Part shown: positions 1-14,441 of the stretch, piece after piece | Layout of the letters: each line of letters begins with the position of its first letter | Position numbering within the stretch: position 1 is the stretch's first letter | Assembly (NCBI RefSeq): GCF_009914755.1 | Contig: NC_060929.1 | Reading direction: 5' to 3' (one strand) | Source of the DNA: the human T2T-CHM13v2.0 reference genome, Homo sapiens | Length of the DNA stretch: 64,000 nt | Notes under the pieces: model-generated | What the model was told of the DNA's origin: nothing | Database searches by the model: none | Seen by the model: only the letters and a program-made list of their open reading frames with translations | Position numbers and translations under genes: made by a program

Positions 1-1204
1 AAAAGTTACAAAAATTATTTTAGTCTTTTATCAGTTTAGTTCCATGTAATTCATTCCTGTTCTGCTTGAAGTTATCAACTTTCATGAACCTATTAACTTT
101 GTTTACTAGAGTCTTGAAAAATTTCACATTGTTCAATGTTATGATCTCCAAAGTTATCAAAAACCTGTATTCAAGAGTACTTGTCAGGATCCTTATGAAT
201 TTTTTTGAAGAAGAATCAAATTTTGGACTATAGCTGATTATAAACTGTCTTTCAAGAAGAATGAAAATAAAACAATAAATGTCTATGGATGGCAAAAGAC
301 TTAGAATAGCCGTAATTAAAGACACAATTGACAGCCAGGTGTAGTGGCTCATGCCTGTAATCCCAGCAATTTGGGAGGCCAAGGTGGTCGGTTCACAAGG
401 TCAGGAGATCAAGACAATCCTGGCTAACATGGTGAAACCCCATCCCTACTAAAAATACAAAAAAAAAAATTAGCTGGGCATGGTTACAGGCGCCTGTACT
501 CCCAGCTACAGGTAGGAGGGAGGTAGGAGAATGGCATGAACCCAAGGAGGTGGAGCTTGCAGTGAACCGAAATGGCGCCACTGCACTCCAGCCTGGGTGA
601 CATAGTGAGACTCCGCCTCCAAAAAAAAAAAAAAAAGACACAATTGACAAGAAAATTTGCTTATTTCTGTGGCATATAACAATTTAACACAATAATCATA
701 TGAATCATAACATAGGCCAAGACATATCATAATTTTAGGAATCTCATACAATTTTGGAGCACATATTAATAACACATTTCTGCAAATGTAACTCAAAGTT
801 AAATGCCACTTCTATTTGACAGTGTTTTCCATATGATTTTTATATACCAAAATTAAAAGTTAGTTTCAGGTCAAAAAGACTTAATTTTAGAATATAAAAT
901 TTGATTTTGAGAAGTTTGTCAACTATTAAAGGCTTAAAACACTTGATAGGAAAATAAGAAAGGTTTCAAACCCTGGATCAAAATAGAATTACACATAAGT
1001 AATCCTTATCTTACACAAATAAGTTACTCATTTAGCCAAAGTGATAATTCAAAGATTTCAAAAAGCAAAAACCCTTACTCTTTGATAGAGAGGAGACTCA
1101 GTTCTCTAAACAGTCAAAAAGACAAAGACAGCATGAGGCAAACTCTCTTTTTTCTTTTGCAATGTATTTAAAAGGTGAACAAAAAATCTTGCATTTGTTA
1201 TCTC

Positions 1205-1429
1205 TTTTTTTTTTTTTTTTTTTGTTGTGTTCTAGGAAAACTTTATTTATAAACACAGGCAGCCAATAGTTTGCCAACTCCTATTTTAGAACATGAGTGA
1301 GAATCATCAATAAAACTACAAATCTTTGCAACAGTCAGAATAAGAAAATAGTGAATTAAAGACTATTAGCATTTCAGCCATCTAGGACAGTGTTCTTCTC
1401 ATTATCATACGTAAATATTTGTTTTGTTG
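1205..1429 (-). mobile_element. 3' transduced segment carried by the SVA, including a MER58-like fragment
   Basis: Second poly-T tract 1205-1223; minus-strand AATAAA at 1242-1247; TSD TTGTTATCTCTT at 1195-1206 and 4099-4110 brackets both the SVA and this segment. Confidence 0.85.
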
Positions 1430-4085
1430 TTTTTTTTTTTTAATTGATCATTCTTGGGTGTTTCTCGCAGAAGGGGATTTGGCAGGGTCATAGGACAATA
1501 GTGGAGGGAAGGTCAGCAGATAAACAAGTGAACAAAGGTCTCTGGTTTTCCTAGGCAGAGGACCCTGCTGCCTTCCGCAGTGTTTGTGTCCCTGGGTACT
1601 TAAGATTAGGGAGTGGTGATGACTCTTAACGAGCATGCTGCCTTCAAGCATCTGTTTAACAAAGCACATCTTGCACCGCCCTTAATCCATTTAACCCTGA
1701 GTGGACACAGCACATGTTTCAGAGAGCACAGGGTTGGGGATAAGGTCACAGATCAACAGGATCCCAAGGCAGAAGAATTTTTCTTAGTACAGAACAAAAT
1801 GAAAAGTCTCCCATGTCTACTTCTATCCACACAGACGCGGCAACCATCCGATTTCTCAATTTTTTCCCCACCCTTCCCGCCTTTCTATTCCACAAAACCG
1901 CCATTGTCATCATGGCCCATCCCCAGTGAGCCGCTGGGCACACCTCCCAGACGGGGTCGTGGCCGGGCAGAGGGGCTCCTCACTTCCCAGTAGGGGCGGC
2001 CGGGCAGAAGCGCCCCTCACCTCCCGGATGGGGCGGCTGGCCGGGCGGGGGGCTGACCCCCCCACCACCCTCCCGGACGGGGCGGCTGGCCAGGCAGAGG
2101 GGCTCCTCACTTCCCAGTAGGGGCGGCCGGGCAGAGGCGCCCCTCACCTCCTGGATAGGGCGGCTGGCCGGGCGGGGGGCTGACCCCTCCACCTCCCTCC
2201 CGGACGGGGCGGCTGGCCGACCCCCCCCGCCGCCTCCCTCCCGGATGGGGCGGCTGGCCAGGCAGAGGGGCTCCTCACTTCCCAGTAGGGGCGGCCGGGC
2301 AGAGGCGCCCCTCACCTCCCGGACGGGGCGGCTGGCCAGGCGGGGGGCTGATCCCCCCACCTCCCTCCCGGATGGGGCGGCTGGCCGGGCGGGGGGCTGA
2401 CCCCCCCACCTCCCTCCCGGACGGGGCGGCTGGCCGGGCAGGGGGCTGACTCCCCCTCCCCCCTCCCGGACGGGGCGGCTGGCTGGGCGGGGGCTGACCC
2501 CCCCACCTCCCTCCCGGACGGGGCGGCTGGCTGGGCAGAGGGGCTCCTCACCTCCCAGTAGGGGCGGCCGGGCAGAGGCGCCCCTCACCTCCCGGATGGG
2601 GCGGCTGGCCAGGCGGGGGGCTGATCCCCCCACCTCCCTCCCGGACGGGGCGGCTGGCCGGGCGAGGGGCTGACCCCCCACCTCCCTCCCGGACTGGGCG
2701 GCTGGCCGGGCGGGGGGCTGATCCCCCCACCTCCCTCCCGGACGGGGCGGCTGGCCGGGCAGAGGGGTCCTCACTTCCCAGTAGGGGCGGCCGGGCAGAG
2801 GCGCCCCTCACCTCCCGGACGGGGCGGCCGGCCGGGCGGGGGGCTGACCCCCCCACCTCCCTCCCGGACGGGGCGGCTGGCCGGGCAGAGGGGCTCCTCA
2901 CTTCCCAGTAGGGGTGGCCGGGCAGAGGCGCCCCTCACCTCCCGGACGGGGCGGCTGGCCAGGCGGGGGGCTGATCCCCCCACCTCCCTCCCGGACGGGG
3001 CGGCTGGCCGGGCAGGGGGCTGACCCCCCCTCCCCCCTCCCGGACTGGGCGGCTGGCCGGGCGGGGGGCTGACCCCCCCACCTCCCTCCTGGACGGGGCG
3101 ACTGGCCAGGCAGAGGGGCTCCTCACTTCCCAGTAGGGGCGGCCGGGCAGAGGAGCCCCTCACCTCCCGGACGGGGCGGCTGGCCGGGCGGGGGCTGACC
3201 CCCCCCCACCTCCCTCCTGGACGGGGTGGCTGCTGGGCGGAGACGCTCCTCACTTCCCAGACGGGGTGGCTGCTGGACGGAGGGGCTCCTCACTTCTCAG
3301 ACGGGGCGGTTGCCAGGCAGAGGGTTTCCTCACTTCTCAGACGGGGCGGCCGGGCAGAGGCGCTCCTCACATCCCAGACAGGGCGGCGGGGCAGAGGTGC
3401 TCCCCACCTCTCAGATGATGGGCGGCCGGGCAGAGACGCTCCTCACTTCCTAGATGGGATGGCGGCGGGGAAGTGGCGCTCCTCGCTTCCTAGATGGGAT
3501 GGCGGCCGGGCAGAGACGCTCCTCACTTTCCAGACTGGGCAGCCAGGCAGAGGGGCTCCTCATATCCCAGACGATGGGCGGCCAGGCAGAGACGCTCCTC
3601 ACTTCCCAGACGGGGTGGCGGCCGGGCAGAGGCTGCAATCTCGGCTCTTTGGGAGGCCAAGGCAGGCGGCTGGGAGGTGGTTGTAGCGAGTCGAGATCAC
3701 GCCACTGCACCCCAGCCTTGGCACCATTGAGCACTGAGTGAACGAGACTCCGTCTGCAATCCCGGCACCTCGGGAGGCCGAGGCTGGCGGATCACTCGCG
3801 GTTAGGAGCTGGAGACCAGCCCGGCCAACACAGCAAAACCCCGTCTCCACCAAAAAAAAAACGAAAACCAGTCAGGCGTGGCGACGCGCGCCTGCAATCG
3901 CAGGCACTCAGCAGGCTGAGGCAGGAGAATCAGGCAGGGAGGTTGCAGTGAGCCGAGATCGCAGCAGTACAGTCCAGCTTCGGCTCGGCATCAGAGGGAG
4001 ACCGTGGAAGGAGACCGGGGAGAGGGAGACGGAGAGGGAGACGAGAGGGAGGGGGAGGGGGAGGGGGAGGGGGAGGGGGAGAGGG
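1430..4085 (-). mobile_element. Full-length SVA retrotransposon (subfamily not resolved)
   Basis: Reverse order on +: poly-T 1430-1441, SINE-R (about 1442-1925), GC-rich VNTR (about 1930-3620), Alu-like region (about 3630-4000), hexamer repeat (GGGGGA)n ending about 4085. Confidence 0.97.
1930..3620 (-). repeat. SVA VNTR (about 35-50 bp GC-rich units)
   Basis: Repeated units such as cctcacttcccagtaggggcggccgggcagaggcgcc and cccccacctccctcccggacggggcggctggccgggcggggggctga. Confidence 0.95.
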
Positions 4086-4340
4086 CTTGTTAGAGAGCTT
4101 GTTATCTCTTATATGGAAATTTTGTTAAAAAATTTGTATCTCTATATCCGTATATTATTAATGCTAAAGCTAATTTTAGTAAAATTATGAACAGGTCTAT
4201 CTAACCTCAATTAGTTTTGACCACAGAAGATAAGATTTGTATAAACCTTTTATAACCTTTTATAATTTTTTAAATTTAGTTTTATCTGTTATTAACTATT
4301 AAAAATTTAAAACTTTAAAACAAACATCTAAACTAAGCTA

Positions 4341-4466
<126 letters not shown>

Positions 4467-4706
4467 TTAATTACCCAATTATGGTTGTGTGCACCTACAG
4501 TCCCAGCTACTTGGGAAGCTGAGGCAGGAGGAACCCTTGAGCACAGAAGTTTGAGGTTATATAGTGAGCTGATAACACCACTGCAGTCCAGCCCAGGCAA
4601 CAGAATGAGACCCCATCTCGAAACCCTCAAAACTGAACAACATTTTTCTTACCAACAACTATATTTTTATGTCTTTTTAATAACCTTTTTTTTTTTTTGA
4701 GACTAA

Positions 4707-4808
<102 letters not shown>

Positions 4809-5121
4809 TAGCTGGGATTACAGAAGCGTGCCACCACACCCAGCTAATTTTTGTATTTTTAGTAGAGACAGGGTTTCGCCATGTTGGCCAGGCTGGTCAT
4901 GAACTCCTGACCTCAGGTGATCCACCCACCTCCTCCTCCCAAACTGCTGGGATTACAGGCATGAGCCCCTGCGCCCTTGCCAATCTTCTTTATTTAAAAC
5001 ATCTTTTTTGTATATGTTGCATATAGAAGTGTTTTTGTGTATGTTGTATATATTTTGTATATAGAAGCATTTTTTGTATCTAGAAGGCTTTTCTTTTCCT
5101 TTTTTTTTTTTTGTGAAATAG

Positions 5122-5337
<216 letters not shown>

Positions 5338-7550
5338 TAAAGCAATCTACCAGCTTTAGCCTCCCACAGTGCTGGGACTACAGGCATGAGCCACCATGCC
5401 TAGCCTAACCTAGAAGTTTTAATTATACATAATAATTATAATATTAATGCTTAATAACTCTGATTTTTAGTGAAAAATCAAGGAAATAAGTAATTTTAAC
5501 TGTTATATACCAGATGTAGAGACCAATACAAAGGAAAGAGCTCTCAAGACAGTCTCTGTAGGACCTGATTTCTCTCAGCATGGCCAGGAGGCACAGCTGG
5601 ACTAGGGAAAGTGAGGCACAGGTCATGTCCCCAGTCCTCACAACGGCCACTGGTCTAGGCCACTGGTATGGGTCTCTCATATATATATATGGCTTGAATA
5701 TCAGCTTTTAATTAAGCTGACTTCTGACCATGTAGCTCTTTTTTAATTAAAAAAATCTTTCAAAATTTCTTATTATCAGATTTTAGCTGAGACAAACAGC
5801 TAACATTGCTGGCTTTTGAACTTTTTAACCAAAGACACCCTACATAACCAAGAATGCATGAGGTGTCTCCAAAGAGGCACAAAGAAGTACTCACAAGATC
5901 CAGAACCAACTTCAAAGATAGCTCAAAGAAGTAAGAGTTTTGCTAATCACAAATGGGGTATAATTTGTATCTGTCTGATTATATTCTCTCTAGGGTCTCA
6001 GCTTCTCATCTGGCCATCACAAAGGCCCAAAAAGCCCCATGTGCCCTTACAGATGGAAGACAATCAAAAGCTGTCCATGGAAAGGAAAAAGATGAAAAAC
6101 AAATGAGTACCCCCAAAAGTAAAAAGTCACATGATTATCAAACCAAAAGGGGCTGATTCCCTGCCCAGGAGTCAAACCCAGGCCACTCTGGTGAAAGCAG
6201 AGAATTTTATCTAAACTACAAGGTGGAGCAGACTACTTAGTGAATCTTGAATGGGATCCAAAGTAAGGAGTTTGAGCTCATAAAGGGTTTTAACTTTGTT
6301 TTCAGTTAGGGGTTTGCTCTTTAATTTTGTCAAGAGAATTTCTAAGGCTAGCCATGACACCATTGTATGTCTTTCTTTTAATGTAATCTTCCTATAAATA
6401 CAAATAAGGCAATTGTTGAGAATGAGAGATCTTTAAAAATGTTTTTTGAGTTTAGGAGTCTTTCTAATTTAAAGGATCCATCGTCTGGACATTGGAAATT
6501 AGAATTTCCACTGGTATACTTAATTCAATGCAACAGCCTCTTCATTGGAAAACCCAAGATATAAATTTCTAGGTTTAATGTAAGTTTTTATCATTTAAGA
6601 AAAAGATGTTTCTTGAAGAGGCATAGAAGTGGCAATCCTAAAGAGTCTCTCCCTCAAAAATTTACTCCCAGGAATAGGCCAAGATAGAAAGATTCTTATT
6701 GCCACACATGGTTAAGGATGCTGTTTGTGCATACAGTGCCTCTGGTGACTTAGAAATTTGTGGGGATCACCAGTCACAGACCTCTTAATTTGTGACACCA
6801 AGTAGGCTCTTTTAGGATAGGACTTTTCTAGCACTAACCAGGCAACAAGGGTTGAGGCAACAAAAACCCTGTAGAGATGGGACTTTTAAAGACAAACTAC
6901 CTCAAGAGCTTGACACATTTGGAACAAAAAGTGTATTGCTTCAAATCTTATATGACTCTGGTTCCCAGCCATTTTCAGACTGGCCACCAGACATGATCCA
7001 AAAATCATGCCACCCAAATGATGGAGACAGAGAGTGCTCCCACTTGGTCACAGGTCAAGCTCAAGGACATAAAACAAGACAAGAGGGGAACCTCATCCAG
7101 TTTTTATTTTGGAAACCCACAGCAAAGTTTATACGCTGCTCTGATCACAATCAAAACTGACCAGTTTTCAGGGTTGGCTTGAAAAACGGGCTTATAGGAG
7201 GTTTAGGCCCATGTTCCACCCTATGGTGTCCTTCTTTATCACAGAACAACACAAAAAGACAAAGAAGAAAACTGTTTCTGGGAGGAGAAAGACCAAACAA
7301 TACGAATATTCATACCAAACAGTACATCAGAGTTGTTAGACCCACTACTAGCCACACAAATTTTTTTCTCCTATTAATCAAAATTTTGCAGAGGAAAAAG
7401 AGACATACAGTGATTTTTGCCATCCACTTGACTGGATTCCACAGAGAGAGACCGAGAGCCTGGTTGGTAAGAAAATCTTACCTTTCTGCCATCTAGTCAG
7501 GTCCTAGGTTCCCTTCACTGCAGTTTCCAGAACAGCAAAGAGACTTTGGG

Positions 7551-7568
7551 ATCCTGCTGACAGCACCA
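7551..7568 (-). other. Retroviral primer binding site, tRNA-Ser-like
   Basis: Minus strand reads TGGTGCTGTCAGCAGGAT, 4 nt downstream of the LTR terminal CA; resembles the complement of a tRNA-Ser 3' end (TGGCGCTGTGAGCAGGAT, recalled). Confidence 0.65.
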
Positions 7569-7572
7569 AAAC

Positions 7573-7924
7573 TGTAGAAGCTAAGGGAATATTTCCCTTC
7601 CTCCTCTGAAGGTTTGATGAAAAATCAACTGACAAAAGGCCAATTACTAGGGGAGATGGCATAGAAATTTACTAGCATGCATTGGGGGAAAGTCACAAGT
7701 GATTACCCTAACAATGGGGTATGAATGTTTATATACCAATTTAAGGTTACCAGAAAGAATGGGGGCTTAAGTCTGGCTACATCAATACAGGTTTTCTCTA
7801 CAGATGAAGGTCTCCCTCATAAAACACAGTTTTTAGGACTACTTCTGTTTGCAGGCCCTCTGAACCACTATCATGAAGTATGTCAAACAAATAGATTTTG
7901 GAGTGAAATGTTTTTATTTCCTCA
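7573..7924 (-). mobile_element. 5' LTR of the ERV1 element (MER34/MER39-like)
   Basis: TG...CA termini on the minus strand (TGAGGAAATAAAAAC...TTCTACA), directly upstream of the PBS. Confidence 0.6.
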
Positions 7925-8057
7925 GGAAACCAGCCCTAACAACTCTGAGGCAAGAAGAGGCTTCAGGACTGGATATGGGACTTAGGTGACAGAAAGTCTC
8001 CTACCTCTTCAAAAGCACAAACATACTTTATTTCTGTTAAAGAAAAAATGTAACACA

Positions 8058-8476
8058 GTTGTTAGGATGGTAAAGCAGACTTCATTCAGCATTATTGCCA
8101 TAGGTGTACTTTGCAGTAGAGGATTGAGATTGGGATCAGCTCCTAATACAAGGAAAATAAGGGATTTACAGCCAAAGACTGAGAGGTAGGGATGGAACGT
8201 GGGGCAGGACAGGGGTTAGTGAATGGAAAATTACTAAAAGGATACGTTAATTTTTTCTAAAGTGACCTAACAGTATTCTTGCTATAGGCAGACCAGGGTG
8301 ATCAGATATCAATTGGAGAATAAGGAATGTGGTCAGATATCGAGGGCGAATCAGATATTGAAGATAGGGGATGCTGGCTAAAACTGGGCTCTTGAGGCAA
8401 TGTCCAAGGTCCAAGCATAGGTGGGAAAGGGGTGAGGAGACTGTGTCTAGGGTTTGGTCAAGGAGGGTCTTTGTCA
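8058..8476 (-). mobile_element. ERV1 solo LTR, MER31/MER67-like
   Basis: Minus strand starts TGACAAAGACCCTCCTTGACCAAAC, resembling the MER31/MER67 5' end; similar start to the LTR at about 10290. Confidence 0.55.
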
Positions 8477-9104
8477 GTCCCTTCTACTTCACTCTGTAAA
8501 ACCCCCTAGTAATTTTATTGGAACCTTAGGGAAGGTGTTACACAAACACAATTTAAGCTCAAGGTTGCCAGGAGATTTTGACCCCTTCATCCTAGAAATT
8601 CATGTGGTGGCCACTGTGATGAAGGAAACCCACATATCCTGGAAGAGGGAAGGCCTTGCCCATTTCTCACAAATCTGCTCATCCAGAATTGGCCTCACCA
8701 GTTAGGAGACTCAATTCATTTGGACCAATCCTGTCTTTCCACTAGAACTTTCCTGGCTCTACTTAAGCCCATTTTCCCCAAATGTGCTCTTCCAGAATTG
8801 GCCTTGCGAAGTGACTGCTTGGTTCTCTCCGCTTCTTCCTCATGCATCTTCCCAGTTCAGCATAAGCCACCATACTGATCCTAGGTTGACCCTTCTTCAA
8901 CACCTGGAACAGCATCCAGGAACCTAGACAGAGGTCAATTTGGAGATTTGTTTGGCATCCTGGTCCCCACCCAAAATTGAGGTCCTAGCTCTGCAAACCA
9001 CCCCCAGAGTACTCTGGTATCTCCATCCTGCACTCCTGGCTTCTCTTTCCATTCCCAGCTTTCCTATGGTGCAGGAAGGTGCCTCCCCTTTGGCCCCACA
9101 TCCC

Positions 9105-10288
<1,184 letters not shown>

Positions 10289-10760
10289 TTAACAAAGATT
10301 ATCTCCTTGACCAATCTCTAGACAGGTTCCTGGGAGTACTCTTTACTAAGCTTCAACCTTGGTCTATAAAGACTTGAAAAACACTAACACAGTGTCTTAC
10401 AGCTCAAGGCCACAACTCTGGGATGACCCTAGCCCTCCTTTAGATGCCTGACTGAGAAAGATCAAGGCTACAAAAAGAATATACTGTGTGTTCGAGGCAA
10501 GACCTGAAAATAGGGCTCCTGTCTCCCAGCCTCTGTGGGAGGGCAGGAGCCTAGCTTTGTTTAGCCCCAGTTAGGAGACTCAGTTCATATGGACCAATCC
10601 CCCCTTTCCACTTTCTATAATTTTTCACTTTCCTGTTTCTACGCAGGTCTTCCTCACTCACACACCTCCCTATTCCCTCAGTCTCCCTTTAAAACACCCA
10701 GTCACCTCTATACCAATAAAAGTTGTGTTCATGCTGGACTCCTCCCTATTGCACCAAGGG
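10289..10760 (+). mobile_element. ERV1 solo LTR, MER67-like
   Basis: Starts aacaaagattatctccttgaccaa; TATA-like tttaaaa and AATAAA at about 10715; ends ...ctccctattgca. Confidence 0.55.
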
Positions 10761-11019
10761 CCATGCACCTGTCCTGGCCCAGGCCCGGCCACCAGCTCCT
10801 CTGCTCCCTGTCCTTCCTCAGCAGCCAAACCAGAAACATGCATGGGTAAGAATTTTGCATTTTTGCACAGTTTTATCACGTGGGCAAAAACACATGTGCA
10901 AAGTTCTCTGCAGGCACGATCTCTACCATTGTGTTTGAGCAAACCTAGAGGTGTCATGGTAGCAATACCTTTTGGCACAGGATCACCCATTGAAGAGTCT
11001 CAGTGAAAGAAATCTCAAG

Positions 11020-11555
11020 GAGGCCAAAGGCAGGTGGCAGAGGCAGCCTTGCATCAACTCAGCCACTGTTCCTGGGCTCTACTCCCAACAAGACTTGGAA
11101 CACTGGGTGGTGGCTGTTGGGAGGCAGGAGGAGGGTGATGCTTGGTAGGTCTCCATCATCTGATTTCTCAGGCTCCAGTTGTCTGTTCCTGGAGCAGGGT
11201 GATCCAGCCAAGTGAGGCAGTTAGGGAGTGCATTGGCAGGGCTCAAGGGAGGCTGTGACTTGGGGGCATCTCTGGGGGCATCTGTGTCTCCTCCTGGGTT
11301 GCAGTCATCGGTTCCTAGGTGGGTGGTTCTGTGCCCAGCCTAAAGGTGCTAGGCACTCTGGGTTCTTGTCTCAGGTGGGCCCATTTCAGAAGTCCACAGG
11401 AATGGGAAAGCAATTCAATGTCCTGGTGGTCCCAAGAGATGTGACCCAGCTTTGGATAGAAAGCAGGCTGCCAGGGACTTGAATCCTCTTGTACACTGGA
11501 ACATGCTCTACAGAATCCCAGGCCTCAAGCACAAGTTGTTGAAAGTGCTTCACAT
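11020..11555 (-). pseudogene. ANXA2R (C5orf39)-like pseudogene, best-preserved copy
   Basis: Minus strand: ATG at 11555, frameshift, KHFQQLVLEAWDSVEHVP, frameshift, EDSSPWQPAFYPKLGHISWDHQDIELLSHSCGLLKWAHLRQEPRVPSTFRLGTEPPT* (TAG at 11315-11317) EPMTATQEETQMPPE. Colinear with recalled ANXA2R QHFLGCVKRAWDSAE / EDRGPWPLPLYPVLGEYSLDSCDLGLLSSPCWRL / PGVQSTLEPSTAKPTEFSWPGTQKQQEAPVE (16/34 identities in the core block by eye). Confidence 0.75.
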
Positions 11556-12433
11556 CTGTCCTGTTTCAGGTGACAAAGGATGAGTGCCCTTTTTTGTGGT
11601 CTTCTGGCTGATTAGGCAGTCCCAAGCAGATAGGGGCAAGCTGGGTGGTGACAGGAAGCCCAGAGCTGATCGCAACAGAAGAATGGCCTGGTGTTATAAA
11701 CATAAAAGCCAATCACCTTTGATGAAATTTTCTAGAATGAAATCCTTTTGGTGACAGACTGGGTTAGAAGTTGAAAAGAAGAGTATTAGCTTCCTAGAAG
11801 GAAGCTCTTTTGGGGGACACTGGCTTGTAGTATGCTGCATGATTTGGGGCATGATTATTGCCCCAAATCACATAGGTAGTTCTGAAACCCAGGTCTCTTA
11901 GCAGAGGAATTCTTGGGGAGATGCCTAAGGAATGGTTTGGGTTTTGGATTAGAGGTGGGGCAGAGATAGTTGTACATTCCTAACTTGGACTTTCACAAGC
12001 CCAGTTTTGGCTTTTACTGATGAATTGCTAAGTTAGAAGGATTTCAGAATGTGTGTGTATATGTGTAATAGCAAGAAGCCAAGTTCTCTGGCTGGCTGAC
12101 TCGGTTATTTTATCATCTCTGAAATGGAAGTGAAATTTGCTCTCATTTTACAAGGTAGCTTTCATGAAGGCATTCCATATAAAAGTGAATATTCAACATA
12201 GCATAGCAGAAAATAATTTGGTCAATTGCTATTAATACTAATATCATTATTATTGATTTTATCATGGATTCAAAGATAAAGTAATGAGAACAAATGTAAA
12301 ACGGTACCTTTCTTGGAGTATTCTGTCTGAAAGTAGATTATGTTTCCTTCTCATATCATAGCCATAATGAAATTGTATTGTAATACGTTTTCATCTGAGT
12401 CAAACATTCTGTTTGCAAAAACATCAAGGGGTA

Positions 12434-13736
12434 TGAGAACTAAAAATAAAATCCTAAGGCCTCCAACCAATTGAATGGACCCTCTATTGGCCAAGGGGAC
12501 CCCAGAGAAACCTGAGTTCCTAGCTATGACAAGACAGGAGGTCAGACATAGCTTGTTATACCTACTCCCTTTTGCAGTTTAAACATGACTGACTAGCATT
12601 ATTATTACAATAGGGATCATGAGACTGACAGAACAGACTCCTTATAGCATTAAGACACCAAACTATAAATGAGACCTAAGGCTGTGCCAGGCAAGGGTTG
12701 AATCACACATCTCTACACTTAAAAAACAAATTATGTTCTAACTACCACAAGGTTTTTTTTTTTTTTTCTAGCAGCTAATCAAGCGCTGGCCTCAAGATAA
12801 TCACTATTAAAACCATTACAGTTCATCCATCGCCAGACAGTGACTAACTGAGGCCCTTGTTCCACAAGCTATAAATGCAGCTTTGATTGGACAAGAGACT
12901 GATTTCAGTAACTTTCTCCTAATAAGAAGACCACCAGCATGCACTGTTCACAGAGGCTGTGCACTTGAGTGCCTTCGTGTCCGTGTTTCACCTTTTGACA
13001 TATATGGCCTAACTGTAATACATTTGAATGTTGTCTCCACCCCAGAATGAATATGGGCTGTATGTAACAGGCATATTTATTCAGTACACATGCATTAGGA
13101 ACACATTCATGAATATTTATATGCCTCCTGTAACCTGTTGAATACGTATACTTGGTCAACCCATTCAACATAAATCCCTGTTCCACCCTCCACTTCCTCA
13201 AAGTGCCTGCTTCTGTCTTTGGCTGGGGACTACACTTTCCAGCCTGTCAGAATAACCACCCTACAGGCCATAACACATTATAAGAAATAAAATTAAGTCT
13301 GTGCATGGTGGCTTACATGTGTAATACCAGCACTTTGGGAGGCCAAGGTGGGCAGATCACTTGGGGCCAAAACCAGCCTGGAGTTCAAAACCAGCCTGGC
13401 CAACACGGCAAAACTGCGTCTCTACAAAAAAAAAAAAAGAAAGTTGTCCGGGGACAGTGACTAACACCTGTAATCCCAGCATTTTGGGAGACTGAGGCAG
13501 AGGGGTCACCTGAGCCCAGGGGTTTGAGACCAGCCTGGGTAACATGGAGAAACCCCATCTCTACAAAAAGCACCAAAATTAGCCAGGCATGATGGCACAT
13601 GCCTGTAGTCCCAGCTACTAAGGAGGCTGAGGTGGGAGGATCTCCTGAGTCTGGGGAAGCTGAGGCTACAGTGAGCCATGATTGTGCCATTGCATTCCAG
13701 CCTGGGTGATAGAGTGAGACCCTGTCTCAAAAAAAA

Positions 13737-13773
<37 letters not shown>

Positions 13774-13817
13774 TCTCCTTTCTAAATTAATAATTGTGTG
13801 ATTCTTTTAAGTTGACA
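12434..13817 (+). mobile_element. MER4-family solo LTR (ERV1), interrupted by Alus at about 13296-13772
   Basis: Starts TGAGAACTAAAAATAAAATCCTAAG and ends ...AAGTTGACA; similar 4-bp flanks (ggta/gata). Confidence 0.7.
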
Positions 13818-14065
13818 GATACAAATGCAGATTTTTTTGGTCAAATATCATTCTTACTGTAAAAGTCTGATTAGTTTCAACATTTCACAAGCATGTGTTG
13901 ATATCCTTCCATATGCCAGATGCGGTGATGGGAGCCATATACACAAAGATGAAGGACTGGCTACAGCTTTCACAGACCTTACAACCTACTGAGAGAGCAA
14001 AGACACAGTGAAGAGATCATTCAGAATACAGTCCAACTCCAAGATCATTGGGAGAGCTTATTTGA

Positions 14066-14293
<228 letters not shown>

Positions 14294-14336
14294 TTACCTG
14301 GGCTTGGTGGGGGGTGCCTGTAATCCCAGGTACTCA

Positions 14337-14441
<105 letters not shown>

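Noticed and set aside
1930-3620. CRISPR-like repeat array
   Set aside because: The units are contiguous SVA VNTR repeats without unique spacers; the context is eukaryotic and there are no cas genes.
1448-4190. Many long Pro/Gly/Arg-rich ORFs (for example 264 aa at 1980-2774)
   Set aside because: They arise from the stop-poor GC-rich SVA VNTR and Alu-like region; no evidence of a real gene.
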